DNA of 64,000 nucleotides, from IMG/VR virus record IMGVR_UViG_3300016654_000214, positions 2,018-66,017 of that record, one strand, 5' to 3'. Made by a program: the position numbers and the translations under genes. Positions 7,511 to 17,136 of this stretch are shown here, one piece after another (positions within the stretch are counted from its first letter, which is position 1; each line of letters starts with the position of its first letter). The notes under the pieces were generated by a model that was not told the DNA's origin, searched no databases, and saw only the letters and a program-made list of their open reading frames with translations. The stretch comes from a virus (taxonomy: Duplodnaviria; Caudoviricetes).

Positions 7511-10500
7511 CAGAGGCCCTTAAATAAAGAAGTAAACTCACCCAAGAAAGATTGACCAGCAGAAGATTTAGTCGTTTTAGTTGTTGACGGTTCCTCTGTA
7601 TCCTCTTGTCCCAGTTTAAGATACTGTGTATAAAAGTCCTTGGCGTTTTGCTGGGCAGTGGTTTTATCCGTAGTTGTTTGATCTTCAGGGAAGAATCCTT
7701 CCAGAGTGCTCATTGCTGCAAACGGATCTTTAAGATTAATTTTGTTGTACTGAAGGCCTGTATCAGAAGCCGCCTTGGTTAACAATGCTTGTTCGCTTCT
7801 ATCAATATCAGGGAACATATTTTCATAGAACTGATCTTCCGTGCCTTTATAACCGGCTTTTTGGAACACTGCATATAGTTGAGTTGTAGGCTTGGGAGTA
7901 CCTTCTTTAATATCCTCTGCCTTGGGAATATATGTAATACCCAAGATTTCCTGAGTTGGCTTTTCTCGTTTTTCGTTGAGGAACTTAATTTGCTCGCGAA
8001 TTTGAGTAGCTGATCCGCCCTGAAGCGTTTCAATAATATATTGTTTGAGTTCATCAAACGTGCCAGTAAAATCCTTTAAGCCAAACCGTTGGAGCACTTC
8101 GTTCCATGCATCTGGTGTTTTGGCTGGATCCAAGCCGCGCAACATCTCATCGGCAAATTCTTCTGGGGTAATAAAACTACCAAACACAACCTCGGCTTTA
8201 TCTGCTTCTTTTTGAAGCAGTGGCATCACGTTCAACGAAATATAATCTTGAACCTTACTGGCATTAGTAATGTCGTCAGCAGCGTCATATCCTTTACCTT
8301 GTCCTTTAACTTCAAAGTGCATCCGTGCAAACGCGGCCTTGTTATTTACATCAATACCAAAGCGGTAAACCTGAGATGCCCAATAGGGATCACCAGATTT
8401 TGCTAACTCCCAATCTCTTTCAACCGTTGCTTTTTGGTCCGCATATTGTTTTGCTCGGCTACGATCGCCTGTCGGGTTAAAGTAGAAATTTGGATCAAAA
8501 GAACGCGGCCCTTGTTGTTTAACTTGATCTAAGTACGCCTGGCTCTGAAGCTGACCCAACTTCTTCAAGGATGCATCAATATCGGTAAGTTCAAATGGGT
8601 TGCGTTCGCTTTGACGAATATCAAGGTATTCCGTAAATTCATCCATGGATTTGGATGTATTAAAACGAGGAATTAAATATTCATCAATGTAATTCCTGGC
8701 AAACTGAGCTTCGACATTCATCATTTCAGTTTGAGTGCCAGTGCTATAAGCCAGCGCTAAACTTCTATTTTTGGCGGCGTCAAGAGTTTTGATGTCTGCT
8801 TCCAGGCGTGAGTTAATTGGTTGCAGCGTTAGCTTGGCACTGTCTCCTGGATCACCTTGGATCGCCGTAAGAATAGTCTGGCCTTCTTGTCCTTGCTTAC
8901 CCAAAAATTCAATCAAGGCTTCTGTAGAGTCAAAACCAGCGTCTTTTAAAAAATTGGCGTCAAATTTGTTTGTATTGGAATCAAATACTTTTTTACCTGT
9001 ATCCAAGAAAGCATTAATAACATCTCGTTTTTCTTCCAATGGTTCAAACATGGAATAATCAATGCCATATTTTTCTTTAATAGATTTATCGAACCACTGC
9101 TGCCAGTTGTAAACAACGTTGTTCTGCATACCAGTTAATCCCTGGAGCGAGTTCAACAAGCTTTCTTCTGCTTTGTTTCCAGAAGTAAAAGACAGCATGG
9201 CGCCAACACCACTGTCTCCCAGGATGTCATTACTTAACTGTTTATTGATATCCACGACTTCAGTAAAGCCGCTAAAGCTACGGAAGAAACTGAGCATTTG
9301 TTCACGCCCTTTTTGTTTCTTCATTTCAGCAATAGCATCCTTAAGAACCGTTTGATTTAAAGCAGCAAATTTTTTCACATCAACAGTTTTTTTTGTGTTG
9401 ATGGCAGTGTTAATAGCGTCTTCTAATTCAGTGATGCCGCTACCAGCATTCACGTTATAACTCAAAGCAATCTGTTTGTCTTCTGGCCGCTCCGATAAAC
9501 GGAAAAGCACAGCAAATTCTTCGGGTTTGGTGACATCTAAATATTTTTCTTTAGCAAGTTGTTTCCAGTAGGTATCCCCTTGGCGAGCTTTTGTCCACTC
9601 GTTAGAAACTTCAGGGATATTCAATAAACGTTGTGTAATGGTGTCCGAGTCAACGCCAAGTTGAAGATCTCGAATATCTTGGATTTCTTTATCGGTTAAT
9701 GCTTTTTCCGTGTACGCATTTGCTTGCTTTGTATCTTCTGCTTTATTACCACGCAAACCCTGTGCTTTACCAACGTTGGTATAGTGCTGCCAGTAGTAAT
9801 TATTTTCGCCATATCGCTCTGTAATATCAATATCATCAATGGCTACAGCTTTATTCCAAGCTTCTGTGACGGTTGGGTTTTGCTCTTTGTAATAAGCAGG
9901 ATCAAACGTGCCGTAAGGCGGTTGAGCCCCAAGTTTTTCTGCGTCCCAGGGTACAAGTTTTTCGGTTTGATAGAAGAGTTTAAACTCTGATTTAATGTTG
10001 TCAACAACCTGTTTTGCATCCGCTGGACTCATTCCAGCTTGTACCAGGGAGTCATATGTGATCTGGTCGCGTTGAGCAACGTAATCACCCCCTTTGGTAG
10101 TGGAAGCAACTGAAACAGTTTTGTTGTACAGCTGATTAACAGCAGTATTTTGTCTATTTAATGCAGCATTTTCTTCATTAAAGGTTCGATTTTTATTGTT
10201 TAATTCTGCAGCTTGCGTATTAAGTTGTTGGTTTTGATTATTGATTGAAGTATTGGTTGCATTTGTATTTGCGTTATCGCGATTGAGACGCATATTCGTC
10301 TCACGAACGGCCTGAATACGTTCGTTTTCAGCTGAATTTTTTAAATTAGTCTCGTAGTTAATGGTATTTTGTTGTGCATTATTGATATTTGCCTGAGCAT
10401 TACTTGCGTTTAATTGAGCGTTAGTAGCATTTTGACGTGCGTTAGCCTCATTTGTTGCACGGTTAGCAGCGTTTTGTTGACGCGCTTGATTATTTGCATT

Positions 10501-11127
10501 GATATTTGCCTGAATATTTACATACGAGACAAAACCGCGTCCGCTATAAACAGCTTTTCTTTCTGGAAGACCGTCAAAATAATCAGTTTTTAAATTTGTA
10601 GGAAGATTAGTAGGATAGTCAGTTTTAAGCGTAGTAGGTAAATCAACCGGTAAATTAGTGGGAAGAAAGTCTGGTATTGGATAATCTGTTTTAAGGTTAG
10701 TGGGATAATTTGTAGGACGTGTTGTTAAGTAATCTGTTTTGTAATTCGTTTTGTAATCAGTTTTTTCTTGAGCAATGTACCAACCTTGGTCTGTAGCGTC
10801 ATAAAATACTCCACCTGGCTCGGCCCGTGTGAAATCATATTGATCAACAATATCTAAAGGAATAACTCCTGGAGCATTAAATCCACCTGTTACCGGAAAA
10901 GTTCCCCAAGTAGGAGCTGATTGTTGCGAGGATTCCAGGGCAACTTGGTTGGCTACGGTGTCATATAAGCCGCCACCGCCTTTTACGTTTTGCAGTTGCA
11001 AGCGATCTGGATTGGCATTCATCCAATCAAGAATTTGCTTGTTGGTATAACCTTGCTTTAACGCTTCTTGATAATCAGCGCCACCAAAGTAAAAAGGACT
11101 TGCACCGTACTCGGTTGAAATTGGCAT
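7510..11127 (-). CDS. Large virion structural/internal protein with repeats
   Basis: 1205-aa ORF in the structural module; KTDY/PTNL repeats, Asn/Ala/Gln-rich coiled coil, duplicated FDPxxY and WxxAxxGDxYW motifs. Confidence 0.7.
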   Translation of the reverse strand: MPISTEYGASPFYFGGADYQEALKQGYTNKQILDWMNANPDRLQLQNVKGGGGLYDTVANQVALESSQQSAPTWGTFPVTGGFNAPGVIPLDIVDQYDFTRAEPGGVFYDATDQGWYIAQEKTDYKTNYKTDYLTTRPTNYPTNLKTDYPIPDFLPTNLPVDLPTTLKTDYPTNLPTNLKTDYFDGLPERKAVYSGRGFVSYVNIQANINANNQARQQNAANRATNEANARQNATNAQLNASNAQANINNAQQNTINYETNLKNSAENERIQAVRETNMRLNRDNANTNATNTSINNQNQQLNTQAAELNNKNRTFNEENAALNRQNTAVNQLYNKTVSVASTTKGGDYVAQRDQITYDSLVQAGMSPADAKQVVDNIKSEFKLFYQTEKLVPWDAEKLGAQPPYGTFDPAYYKEQNPTVTEAWNKAVAIDDIDITERYGENNYYWQHYTNVGKAQGLRGNKAEDTKQANAYTEKALTDKEIQDIRDLQLGVDSDTITQRLLNIPEVSNEWTKARQGDTYWKQLAKEKYLDVTKPEEFAVLFRLSERPEDKQIALSYNVNAGSGITELEDAINTAINTKKTVDVKKFAALNQTVLKDAIAEMKKQKGREQMLSFFRSFSGFTEVVDINKQLSNDILGDSGVGAMLSFTSGNKAEESLLNSLQGLTGMQNNVVYNWQQWFDKSIKEKYGIDYSMFEPLEEKRDVINAFLDTGKKVFDSNTNKFDANFLKDAGFDSTEALIEFLGKQGQEGQTILTAIQGDPGDSAKLTLQPINSRLEADIKTLDAAKNRSLALAYSTGTQTEMMNVEAQFARNYIDEYLIPRFNTSKSMDEFTEYLDIRQSERNPFELTDIDASLKKLGQLQSQAYLDQVKQQGPRSFDPNFYFNPTGDRSRAKQYADQKATVERDWELAKSGDPYWASQVYRFGIDVNNKAAFARMHFEVKGQGKGYDAADDITNASKVQDYISLNVMPLLQKEADKAEVVFGSFITPEEFADEMLRGLDPAKTPDAWNEVLQRFGLKDFTGTFDELKQYIIETLQGGSATQIREQIKFLNEKREKPTQEILGITYIPKAEDIKEGTPKPTTQLYAVFQKAGYKGTEDQFYENMFPDIDRSEQALLTKAASDTGLQYNKINLKDPFAAMSTLEGFFPEDQTTTDKTTAQQNAKDFYTQYLKLGQEDTEEPSTTKTTKSSAGQSFLGEFTSLFKGL

Positions 11128-11152
11128 CAGATTAAATAATCAGCGTTAGATA

Positions 11153-11500
11153 TCAAGCAACACTAAGATCTTTAAACAGATCCAAGACCTCTTGGGTCAT
11201 CCAAAACTTGATTTTTTCCATCCTAGCCTGACTGAAAAATTCCTGCTGTGAATACCAAGATTCAACCTCATTGCTGGCTTTAGTACTATTGCAGCGCCTG
11301 CAGGCAGGAACCAAATTGTTTCGATTACTGGAACCGGATTTAAATCGTGGAACAATATGGTCGAGACTCGTGGCAGTATCTTCACAATAAGCGCATTTGT
11401 AATCCCAGGTTTTATAAATGTCTTCTCTAAATCGTTTTTTCGCTAACTTTGGAGTGATTTCAACAAGCAGTGCGAGGGGCGCGTGCTCGTCTGCAAACAT
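11153..11500 (-). CDS. HNH endonuclease
   Basis: CAYC...SLDHIVPRFKSGSSNRNNLVPACRRCNSTK. Confidence 0.88.
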   Translation of the reverse strand: MFADEHAPLALLVEITPKLAKKRFREDIYKTWDYKCAYCEDTATSLDHIVPRFKSGSSNRNNLVPACRRCNSTKASNEVESWYSQQEFFSQARMEKIKFWMTQEVLDLFKDLSVA

Positions 11501-11584
11501 ACTCTTTAGTTGCCGTTACCTTATTTTAATTTCGCCTCATTTGTATAGAACCACAACTAAATTCCAAAAAATCTGTTAAAACCC

Positions 11585-11612
11585 TTGACTTGGCTGTCCG
11601 GCTCGATACCGT
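11585..11612 (+). promoter_or_regulatory. Putative sigma70-type promoter for the Xis-like gene
   Basis: TTGACT-N16-TACCGT, 25 nt upstream of ATG 11638. Confidence 0.4.
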
Positions 11613-11637
11613 ACGAAAGTCCGCGTTTTTTTGCGCC

Positions 11638-11856
11638 ATGTCCAAAGCCAACGGATGGGTCTCTGTCAAGCAAGCAGAAGAACTCCTTGGTATTGACCGC
11701 AAGATCCTCTTCAAGTACCGCGATGACGGTACTCTGAAGTTAGGCCCACATTTTGCGGCTTTCCCTGAAACTCGTTCCCGTGACAGCTACCGTTGGAACG
11801 TAAAAGCCGTTAAAAAGCACCTGCAAAAGAAGGAGCTGATGACTGCTGTTTCTTGA
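11638..11856 (+). CDS. Excisionase-like/MerR-type HTH DNA-binding protein
   Basis: WVSVKQAEELLGIDRKILFKYRDDGTLKLG...YRWNV; convergent with the integrase-like gene. Confidence 0.65.
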   Translation: MSKANGWVSVKQAEELLGIDRKILFKYRDDGTLKLGPHFAAFPETRSRDSYRWNVKAVKKHLQKKELMTAVS

Positions 11857-12232
11857 AAGAACGAGAATAGTTTTTTCGGATTCGGTAAGCCAAGAGCAGA
11901 TCAGTGACGTTCAATCGAACTTCCTGATAGGCAATAGACCGGTAGAAGGACAAGGAGAGTGGTTCCCAGCGGTCCTGCATTTCGCGGGACCGTTTTTCTT
12001 TGAGACCAAAAAGCAAAACCCACTGTGGGTGCAGCGGGCGAACAGTTCGTTTTTTACCAGGGATGCTGATGGAATTATCAGCTTGCCACTCAAACCCGTA
12101 TAGCTCATCAGGCTTTAGGCCATATGTGGCCACCATGCCATAAAGCCAGGCTACGTCTTTGGTTTTACGGTGAGAAGCCAGCTGGAAGTACTCATCTACA
12201 ATCCGCTGGTCTACAGGCGGTGCTTGAGACAT
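11810..12232 (-). CDS. Degenerate/truncated tyrosine-recombinase (integrase) catalytic-domain homologue
   Basis: WLYGMVATYGLKPDEL, RTVRPLHPQWVLLFGL and TDLLLAYRIR match cyanobacterial integrase boxes (YGMLATYGLRPHE; PLHPEWV; DLRHAYAIR) with catalytic residues replaced. Confidence 0.6.
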   Translation of the reverse strand: MSQAPPVDQRIVDEYFQLASHRKTKDVAWLYGMVATYGLKPDELYGFEWQADNSISIPGKKRTVRPLHPQWVLLFGLKEKRSREMQDRWEPLSLSFYRSIAYQEVRLNVTDLLLAYRIRKNYSRSFKKQQSSAPSFAGAF

Positions 12233-12350
12233 GACTGAGATGAACTGGATAACCCGACCATAAACAGTGGGGTAACCAGGACGCAAGGGCTAAAGGATTT
12301 CTTAATTAGTCCGGTAGGACTAATATAAGTATACATTATGAACAAATGTA

Positions 12351-12581
12351 TTACAATTCGGGACCGATTCCGTTCACGTATCCCGACCACGCAAGACCAA
12401 TTGCTTCAATAGTAGAGATCTCACCCGAAGCATAAGGAAGGTGAACAACATCCCCAGCGTGATACACAGTGGGACGACCATTAAGTTGAATGTCGCTAAA
12501 TCCGTATTTTCTGACATCATCTTGCTCTGTTGAATATACAAAAGAGCTTTCGACAACGTCTCCGAAGTTTGGTGTAGTCAT
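12351..12581 (-). CDS. Hypothetical virion-module protein
   Basis: 76-aa ORF coupled to the upstream gene. Confidence 0.6.
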   Translation of the reverse strand: MTTPNFGDVVESSFVYSTEQDDVRKYGFSDIQLNGRPTVYHAGDVVHLPYASGEISTIEAIGLAWSGYVNGIGPEL

Positions 12582-14137
12582 GTTGATGGCATCTGGCCAA
12601 GAGAGGGTTTGTAAGCGGTTCCATTTTTGTCATACATGGTAAATCCTTGCATAACAACAAAGTTAGCCGGAATATTAAACAGTTTCTGCATCATTGGCAT
12701 CATCATGGGCGATTGACAATTGTAAGGAGGAACGTCCATCATTGCCAGCGATCTACGGGCCATGTTAAAAGCAATTGCCTCTTTTTGTTCATTTTCAGTA
12801 TCTGCAACTAACTTTTGCTCCCACCCGGCCATGCTTCCTTCTTCTACTGGAAAATCAGAAGGCTCAGGTGGGAAATTACCTTCCATGTATTTCATGGCGT
12901 AGATGTGTTTGCAATAACGCATTTCATCTAACAAAGGAGTCCAAAAGTCTGTAATTGACGTAATTGTATTATTGCTGGAACTATAGTCTTCATAAATAGG
13001 CATCCCTTCTGCCCTAGATCCCGGAATGGCTGGATCGCTAGTGCTTCTTAAATAAGTTGCGCCAAATTCACGAAAGACCCCTGGAAAATCACGGGTAGCA
13101 TTTTGGTCGACAGAAGAAGTTGTATTAACTTCTGGTGGAACTGTATATCGACTTGAAGGCGCAACAATATCCATTTTTCGATTAACCCTGGCATTGGTCA
13201 TTGCACTGTTATCTAGGGTTCCGTTTAATTTTGTGCGTTCAAAGCGACCAGGTTTAATTGATGCAACACTAGAACGCGGGAATATCTTTTTAGTCCCTTC
13301 ACCAAGGGTATTCATGAAAGAATAATCCCTATGATTAAAGTCTTGACAAGAGCAGCAATAACGAGCGCCTGTGATTAAATAACGACCAACAATTGGAGCC
13401 CTGGTTGCAGGAGTAATTAAATCTCTGTCGGGAGTCGCCTCGACAGAACCTGCTTTGCGAAGTTTAAGGATTCCTGTAAACGGATAAGTTTCTACCAACA
13501 CAGCTTGTGTATAGCCATAACGTTTTTGCGTGTTGGGATCAATACTGTTCCTGGTAATTGGTGGATCACCAACGTTAATAACTCGATCCTCTAAAATTTC
13601 TCCATTAATTGAACGAAGTCCACTTGGTGATCCAGGTAGAGGGACATAAAACGGAGGCGGCAGAGGATTACTTGCGCTCCAGTTTCCAGCAAGTTTTACA
13701 TACCAATATTCAGTGTCTTCTGTTACCGACTCAATGTATAACCGTTGACCACTAGAAGGGTCTTTTAAGTTATCACAACGCAAAGATCCTGCAAGACGAG
13801 TTCCAGCCCAATGCATACCGAATTCTTTGTTTTTGGTTGGAAAGCCTACAAAAACTCCGGGAATGGTTGGTTGAACATTGGCAACAGAGCTTGGAGTGCC
13901 AACTGGAACTGGAATAACATAACTAAAAGAGTATTCGTATGAGTTGTCATAAGTAGAAGCAGTGGCTAGTTCATAGCCACGACGCCATCTAGACCAGGCT
14001 GATTCCCTGTTAATTGCACTTAAGGAATCTGGAACAGATCCTTTAGAGAATTCAGTTGTAATTGGGCGGAGACGAAACGGATCCGTATCAAAGGATTTGG
14101 TAAACGTCCCAAAAGCATCGCCGCCTTTAGGCGCCAT
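12578..14137 (-). CDS. Hypothetical protein with split SWIM-type zinc finger
   Basis: RYCCSCQDF ... RYCKHIYAM motifs; 519 aa. Confidence 0.6.
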   Translation of the reverse strand: MAPKGGDAFGTFTKSFDTDPFRLRPITTEFSKGSVPDSLSAINRESAWSRWRRGYELATASTYDNSYEYSFSYVIPVPVGTPSSVANVQPTIPGVFVGFPTKNKEFGMHWAGTRLAGSLRCDNLKDPSSGQRLYIESVTEDTEYWYVKLAGNWSASNPLPPPFYVPLPGSPSGLRSINGEILEDRVINVGDPPITRNSIDPNTQKRYGYTQAVLVETYPFTGILKLRKAGSVEATPDRDLITPATRAPIVGRYLITGARYCCSCQDFNHRDYSFMNTLGEGTKKIFPRSSVASIKPGRFERTKLNGTLDNSAMTNARVNRKMDIVAPSSRYTVPPEVNTTSSVDQNATRDFPGVFREFGATYLRSTSDPAIPGSRAEGMPIYEDYSSSNNTITSITDFWTPLLDEMRYCKHIYAMKYMEGNFPPEPSDFPVEEGSMAGWEQKLVADTENEQKEAIAFNMARRSLAMMDVPPYNCQSPMMMPMMQKLFNIPANFVVMQGFTMYDKNGTAYKPSLGQMPST

Positions 14138-14140
14138 GGC

Positions 14141-14920
14141 TTAGAAGAATCCGCCTTGTGCGTAAATATGAGCACCTGGCGTATAGCCAGATACGTTGGG
14201 ACCATCAGCAAACACACCAACGTAAATGCGATCACCGCGTTCCAGATAAATGCCACGGTTCCGAAGCGGAGTGCCGTTGCTTAATGCCGTAGTATCCCCA
14301 GCGGACACAGTAGGTGCTGCAAGCTGTGGCATCACATCTGAGCAATCAACTTGCTGCGTATTTGCCGGAACCTGCTTGGCAAACAAAACCTTGTAGTCAC
14401 CGGAAGCCGGAATTGGAGTGGTTGTGCCGCGTGTTTGGTAAAAGACAAAGGTCACCTCTGGTTGATACCCATAACGGACACCGTTGTAAAGGAAACCAGT
14501 TGAGGTGCCACCAGAATACTGAAGGCTCGTGTTAATACCAGTTAACGTAGTTGCACCGGTATAGGTGTAATAACCAAAACCGTTAGAGGATGGTGTACCA
14601 AGGACACCTGTGTTGAAGATCAGAACAACCTGGCCACTGGTGAGGGAGATCACCGTGCCGGAGGTGCCACTTGAAACAACGTAATCAGCGTCGCGATAAT
14701 AGTCATTACGAACAATGGTGATTGAATCAATCACACCGCCGTTGTTATTGTCCTGTTCTTGAGCCGCATCCATGTCCACAAGGATGGATGGAGCTTGACC
14801 ACCTTGGACAAAGATCGTGTTGCCAGCCTGGCTACCAACGGTTTGAGTCGTGACGCGCACGGAATCAAACAGAGGACGATCAACCAGAAGTGGTTGTTTG
14901 TTCGTTGAAGTACTGGACAC
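14141..14920 (-). CDS. Putative virion structural protein (beta-rich)
   Basis: 259 aa, GTG start, Thr/Gly/Val-rich, in the structural module. Confidence 0.6.
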   Translation of the reverse strand: MSSTSTNKQPLLVDRPLFDSVRVTTQTVGSQAGNTIFVQGGQAPSILVDMDAAQEQDNNNGGVIDSITIVRNDYYRDADYVVSSGTSGTVISLTSGQVVLIFNTGVLGTPSSNGFGYYTYTGATTLTGINTSLQYSGGTSTGFLYNGVRYGYQPEVTFVFYQTRGTTTPIPASGDYKVLFAKQVPANTQQVDCSDVMPQLAAPTVSAGDTTALSNGTPLRNRGIYLERGDRIYVGVFADGPNVSGYTPGAHIYAQGGFF

Positions 14921-14957
14921 GTCTTTGCTTTACCTTTTTTCTCATTATAAAGGACTG

Positions 14958-15200
14958 TTACGCCCTTGGAGTTAAACCAAATTCTGTCATGAATGACATG
15001 TAATCAGTAAACCCCTTTGGATACTTAACAGTTTCCGTGAACAAGCTTTCAGGGTTCCGTTGAAGATTTAAGAACCGTTGAAAAGATTCACTATCCATTG
15101 TGGTTTGAGTGTCAGGGACAAACCGAAAACGATTTGCCCCAAACACTGCCCGGTAGTATTCACCCGGAGTGTATTTATCAGAGTAACTGCCGTATGCCAT
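14958..15200 (-). CDS. Hypothetical protein
   Basis: 80-aa ORF with TAATG coupling. Confidence 0.6.
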   Translation of the reverse strand: MAYGSYSDKYTPGEYYRAVFGANRFRFVPDTQTTMDSESFQRFLNLQRNPESLFTETVKYPKGFTDYMSFMTEFGLTPRA

Positions 15201-15889
15201 TAGTACAGACCCTCTAACGGATTAATGCCCAGCGTCCCTAAAACACTGGAGGTTGGAGTAATTGCTTGACGCATTAAACCTTCCATCAACCCAGATTTAA
15301 TCGTATCCAGCAACGAAGTTGCTTTTCGTTTCCTTAAAGCTGTTGTCAGTGCTTCCGTTGAAATCTCTGGACCAGAGGCAACCATTTGACCAGTGGGCTG
15401 ACCAGGGGTAGGAGCAGAGCCGTAATACTGCTGAAGCTGAGAAAGAGATTTGACCGGTTGGCCGTAATAACTCCGTCCAGATTCAGTAGGAAAAGATGCC
15501 CACTCTGGCGCCAGGGCAGCGGCAACACGGCTGCTCAGACCTTCTTTTTGAAGGGTGGATAAACCACCAATGTCCATCAGACGATTGCGTGCCAACGCAA
15601 GAGCAGCCAGATCTTGTTCAGCTGGTCCAAACTTCTTTAAGCCAAGGCGGGAGGCTTGGGTTTGCCAAGTTCCAGGGAGAAACTGATAGGCACCTGCTGC
15701 AGCACTGGAGTAACCACCACTGTTGATGACCCGATCAGGATGACGGCTTAAATCCGAAAACGTTCCGCCCCCAAACATGGTTTGGTAACCTTTGGGGCCG
15801 GCGGTACCTTCTGCAAACCGAATAGTCTTCAGAAGTTTTTGACCCGCAGGACTTTGGCGGAATTGCTCTAAGAATTGCCGTTCGTTCAT
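15200..15889 (-). CDS. Lambda-type lysozyme / GH104 muralytic protein (likely virion-associated)
   Basis: LLKTIRFAEGT...YQTMFGG...AAGAYQFLPGTW...FGPAEQDLAA; ATG 15889 overlaps the upstream stop (ATGA). Confidence 0.85.
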   Translation of the reverse strand: MNERQFLEQFRQSPAGQKLLKTIRFAEGTAGPKGYQTMFGGGTFSDLSRHPDRVINSGGYSSAAAGAYQFLPGTWQTQASRLGLKKFGPAEQDLAALALARNRLMDIGGLSTLQKEGLSSRVAAALAPEWASFPTESGRSYYGQPVKSLSQLQQYYGSAPTPGQPTGQMVASGPEISTEALTTALRKRKATSLLDTIKSGLMEGLMRQAITPTSSVLGTLGINPLEGLY

Positions 15890-16632
15890 TGGACGCCTTT
15901 CCTGCTTTGGAGTTTCTGGAGTTCTCTGTAAGCAAGACCCGGATTGGCGTTGGCCCACTGCATCAGGGCTTCCGGTGTCATCCCGGCTGCACCACCTAAT
16001 TCCGTCAGACGCTGTTGCAACTCTCCAGTCTGTGCCATGCTCCTACCCAGTTGCTGCTGGCCCGCATAGAAGGAAGAAAGGGGGACACTTGTAGGAGCAG
16101 AGTACTGCTGAGCAGCATTAAGTACTTCTTGAGAGAGTGCGCGTTCTTGAACATTTTGACGTTGTGCGGGGACACCGGCCCCAGTAGACACAACTCCAGG
16201 TCCTAACGGTACGGGTGCTGGAGGCGTCAGTCGTCCGGCTTGCGACCCGAATCCCGGAGGGGGTGGAAGGGTCGGAGCTGGTGGCGGAGTGCCACCAACT
16301 GGAGTCTGACCCATTCCTTGATATTGAGCAAATCGAAATGACCGATCCCTGGCACCGCTGTAATCAGGGGCTAATTCACCAGGATTAACAACTGGACGGT
16401 TTTGAATAGGTGTAACGCGTGGATCTTTGCGAGGATCGTAAATTAAATTGGCATCTCGTAACTTACCTTGCAGCCAATGGCTGGCATCGATCATTGGTCT
16501 TGGATCAGCCAAAGCCCAGGCGGGGCCTCCGAAAGCACCAGGTAAAGCAGTTGAGCCGCGAAGACCAGTGGCACCACCAGGCACCAACTTTTGCAAAAGA
16601 CTCCCAACTTGTCCAAATAAAGTATTACCCAT
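15886..16632 (-). CDS. Pro/Gly/Gln-rich virion protein
   Basis: ATG 16632 in a TAATG overlap; low complexity. Confidence 0.6.
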   Translation of the reverse strand: MGNTLFGQVGSLLQKLVPGGATGLRGSTALPGAFGGPAWALADPRPMIDASHWLQGKLRDANLIYDPRKDPRVTPIQNRPVVNPGELAPDYSGARDRSFRFAQYQGMGQTPVGGTPPPAPTLPPPPGFGSQAGRLTPPAPVPLGPGVVSTGAGVPAQRQNVQERALSQEVLNAAQQYSAPTSVPLSSFYAGQQQLGRSMAQTGELQQRLTELGGAAGMTPEALMQWANANPGLAYRELQKLQSRKGVQ

Positions 16633-17093
16633 TACCGCCAAACCTCATGAAGATAAATACGAGAACCCACTGCAGTATCAGCAGGGCCAGGTAAAGCTTG
16701 AATGAATTCCGCACCTGAACGTTCATACCGATAACGAGCCTGGAACGGATCTTTGTAATTGGGAACGTACAGGATGTTGGCTAATCGGTTGGTTTCGTAG
16801 AGATAGATCTCATCCCAAACCTTAAGCGCTTCCTTGGCGTTGCTTGACCGAATTGTACGGTCAACGTCACCAGCAATGCTCTCCAACCGAGTCGAAGGCG
16901 AAGTCGCCACTTCGGTTTTCTTCTCAGCTGTATCACAGCGACCGAGTTGGATAACAATTTTGTCGTAGAAGTAAGAATCCGGAACGGTATTCATAGCTTC
17001 TTCCAGACGGGCATAATCACCCGCTGGGACAGAAACCGTGAAATAGCCCAGGTGATACCTGACCCTACTTTTATCGAAGTCAGATAACTTCAC
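16632..17093 (-). CDS. Putative head-tail adaptor/connector
   Basis: 153 aa, helical, downstream of the capsid genes; LSDFDKSRVRYHLGY N-terminus is typical of adaptors. Confidence 0.5.
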   Translation of the reverse strand: MKLSDFDKSRVRYHLGYFTVSVPAGDYARLEEAMNTVPDSYFYDKIVIQLGRCDTAEKKTEVATSPSTRLESIAGDVDRTIRSSNAKEALKVWDEIYLYETNRLANILYVPNYKDPFQARYRYERSGAEFIQALPGPADTAVGSRIYLHEVWR

Positions 17094-17136
17094 TTCTACC
17101 TTCCAGCATCAACTAATTATAGTTCTAGAAAATCAA

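Noticed and set aside
11810-12232. Functional integrase and prophage att site
   Set aside because: Catalytic R and H are replaced, domains are missing, and no att-like repeat was seen.
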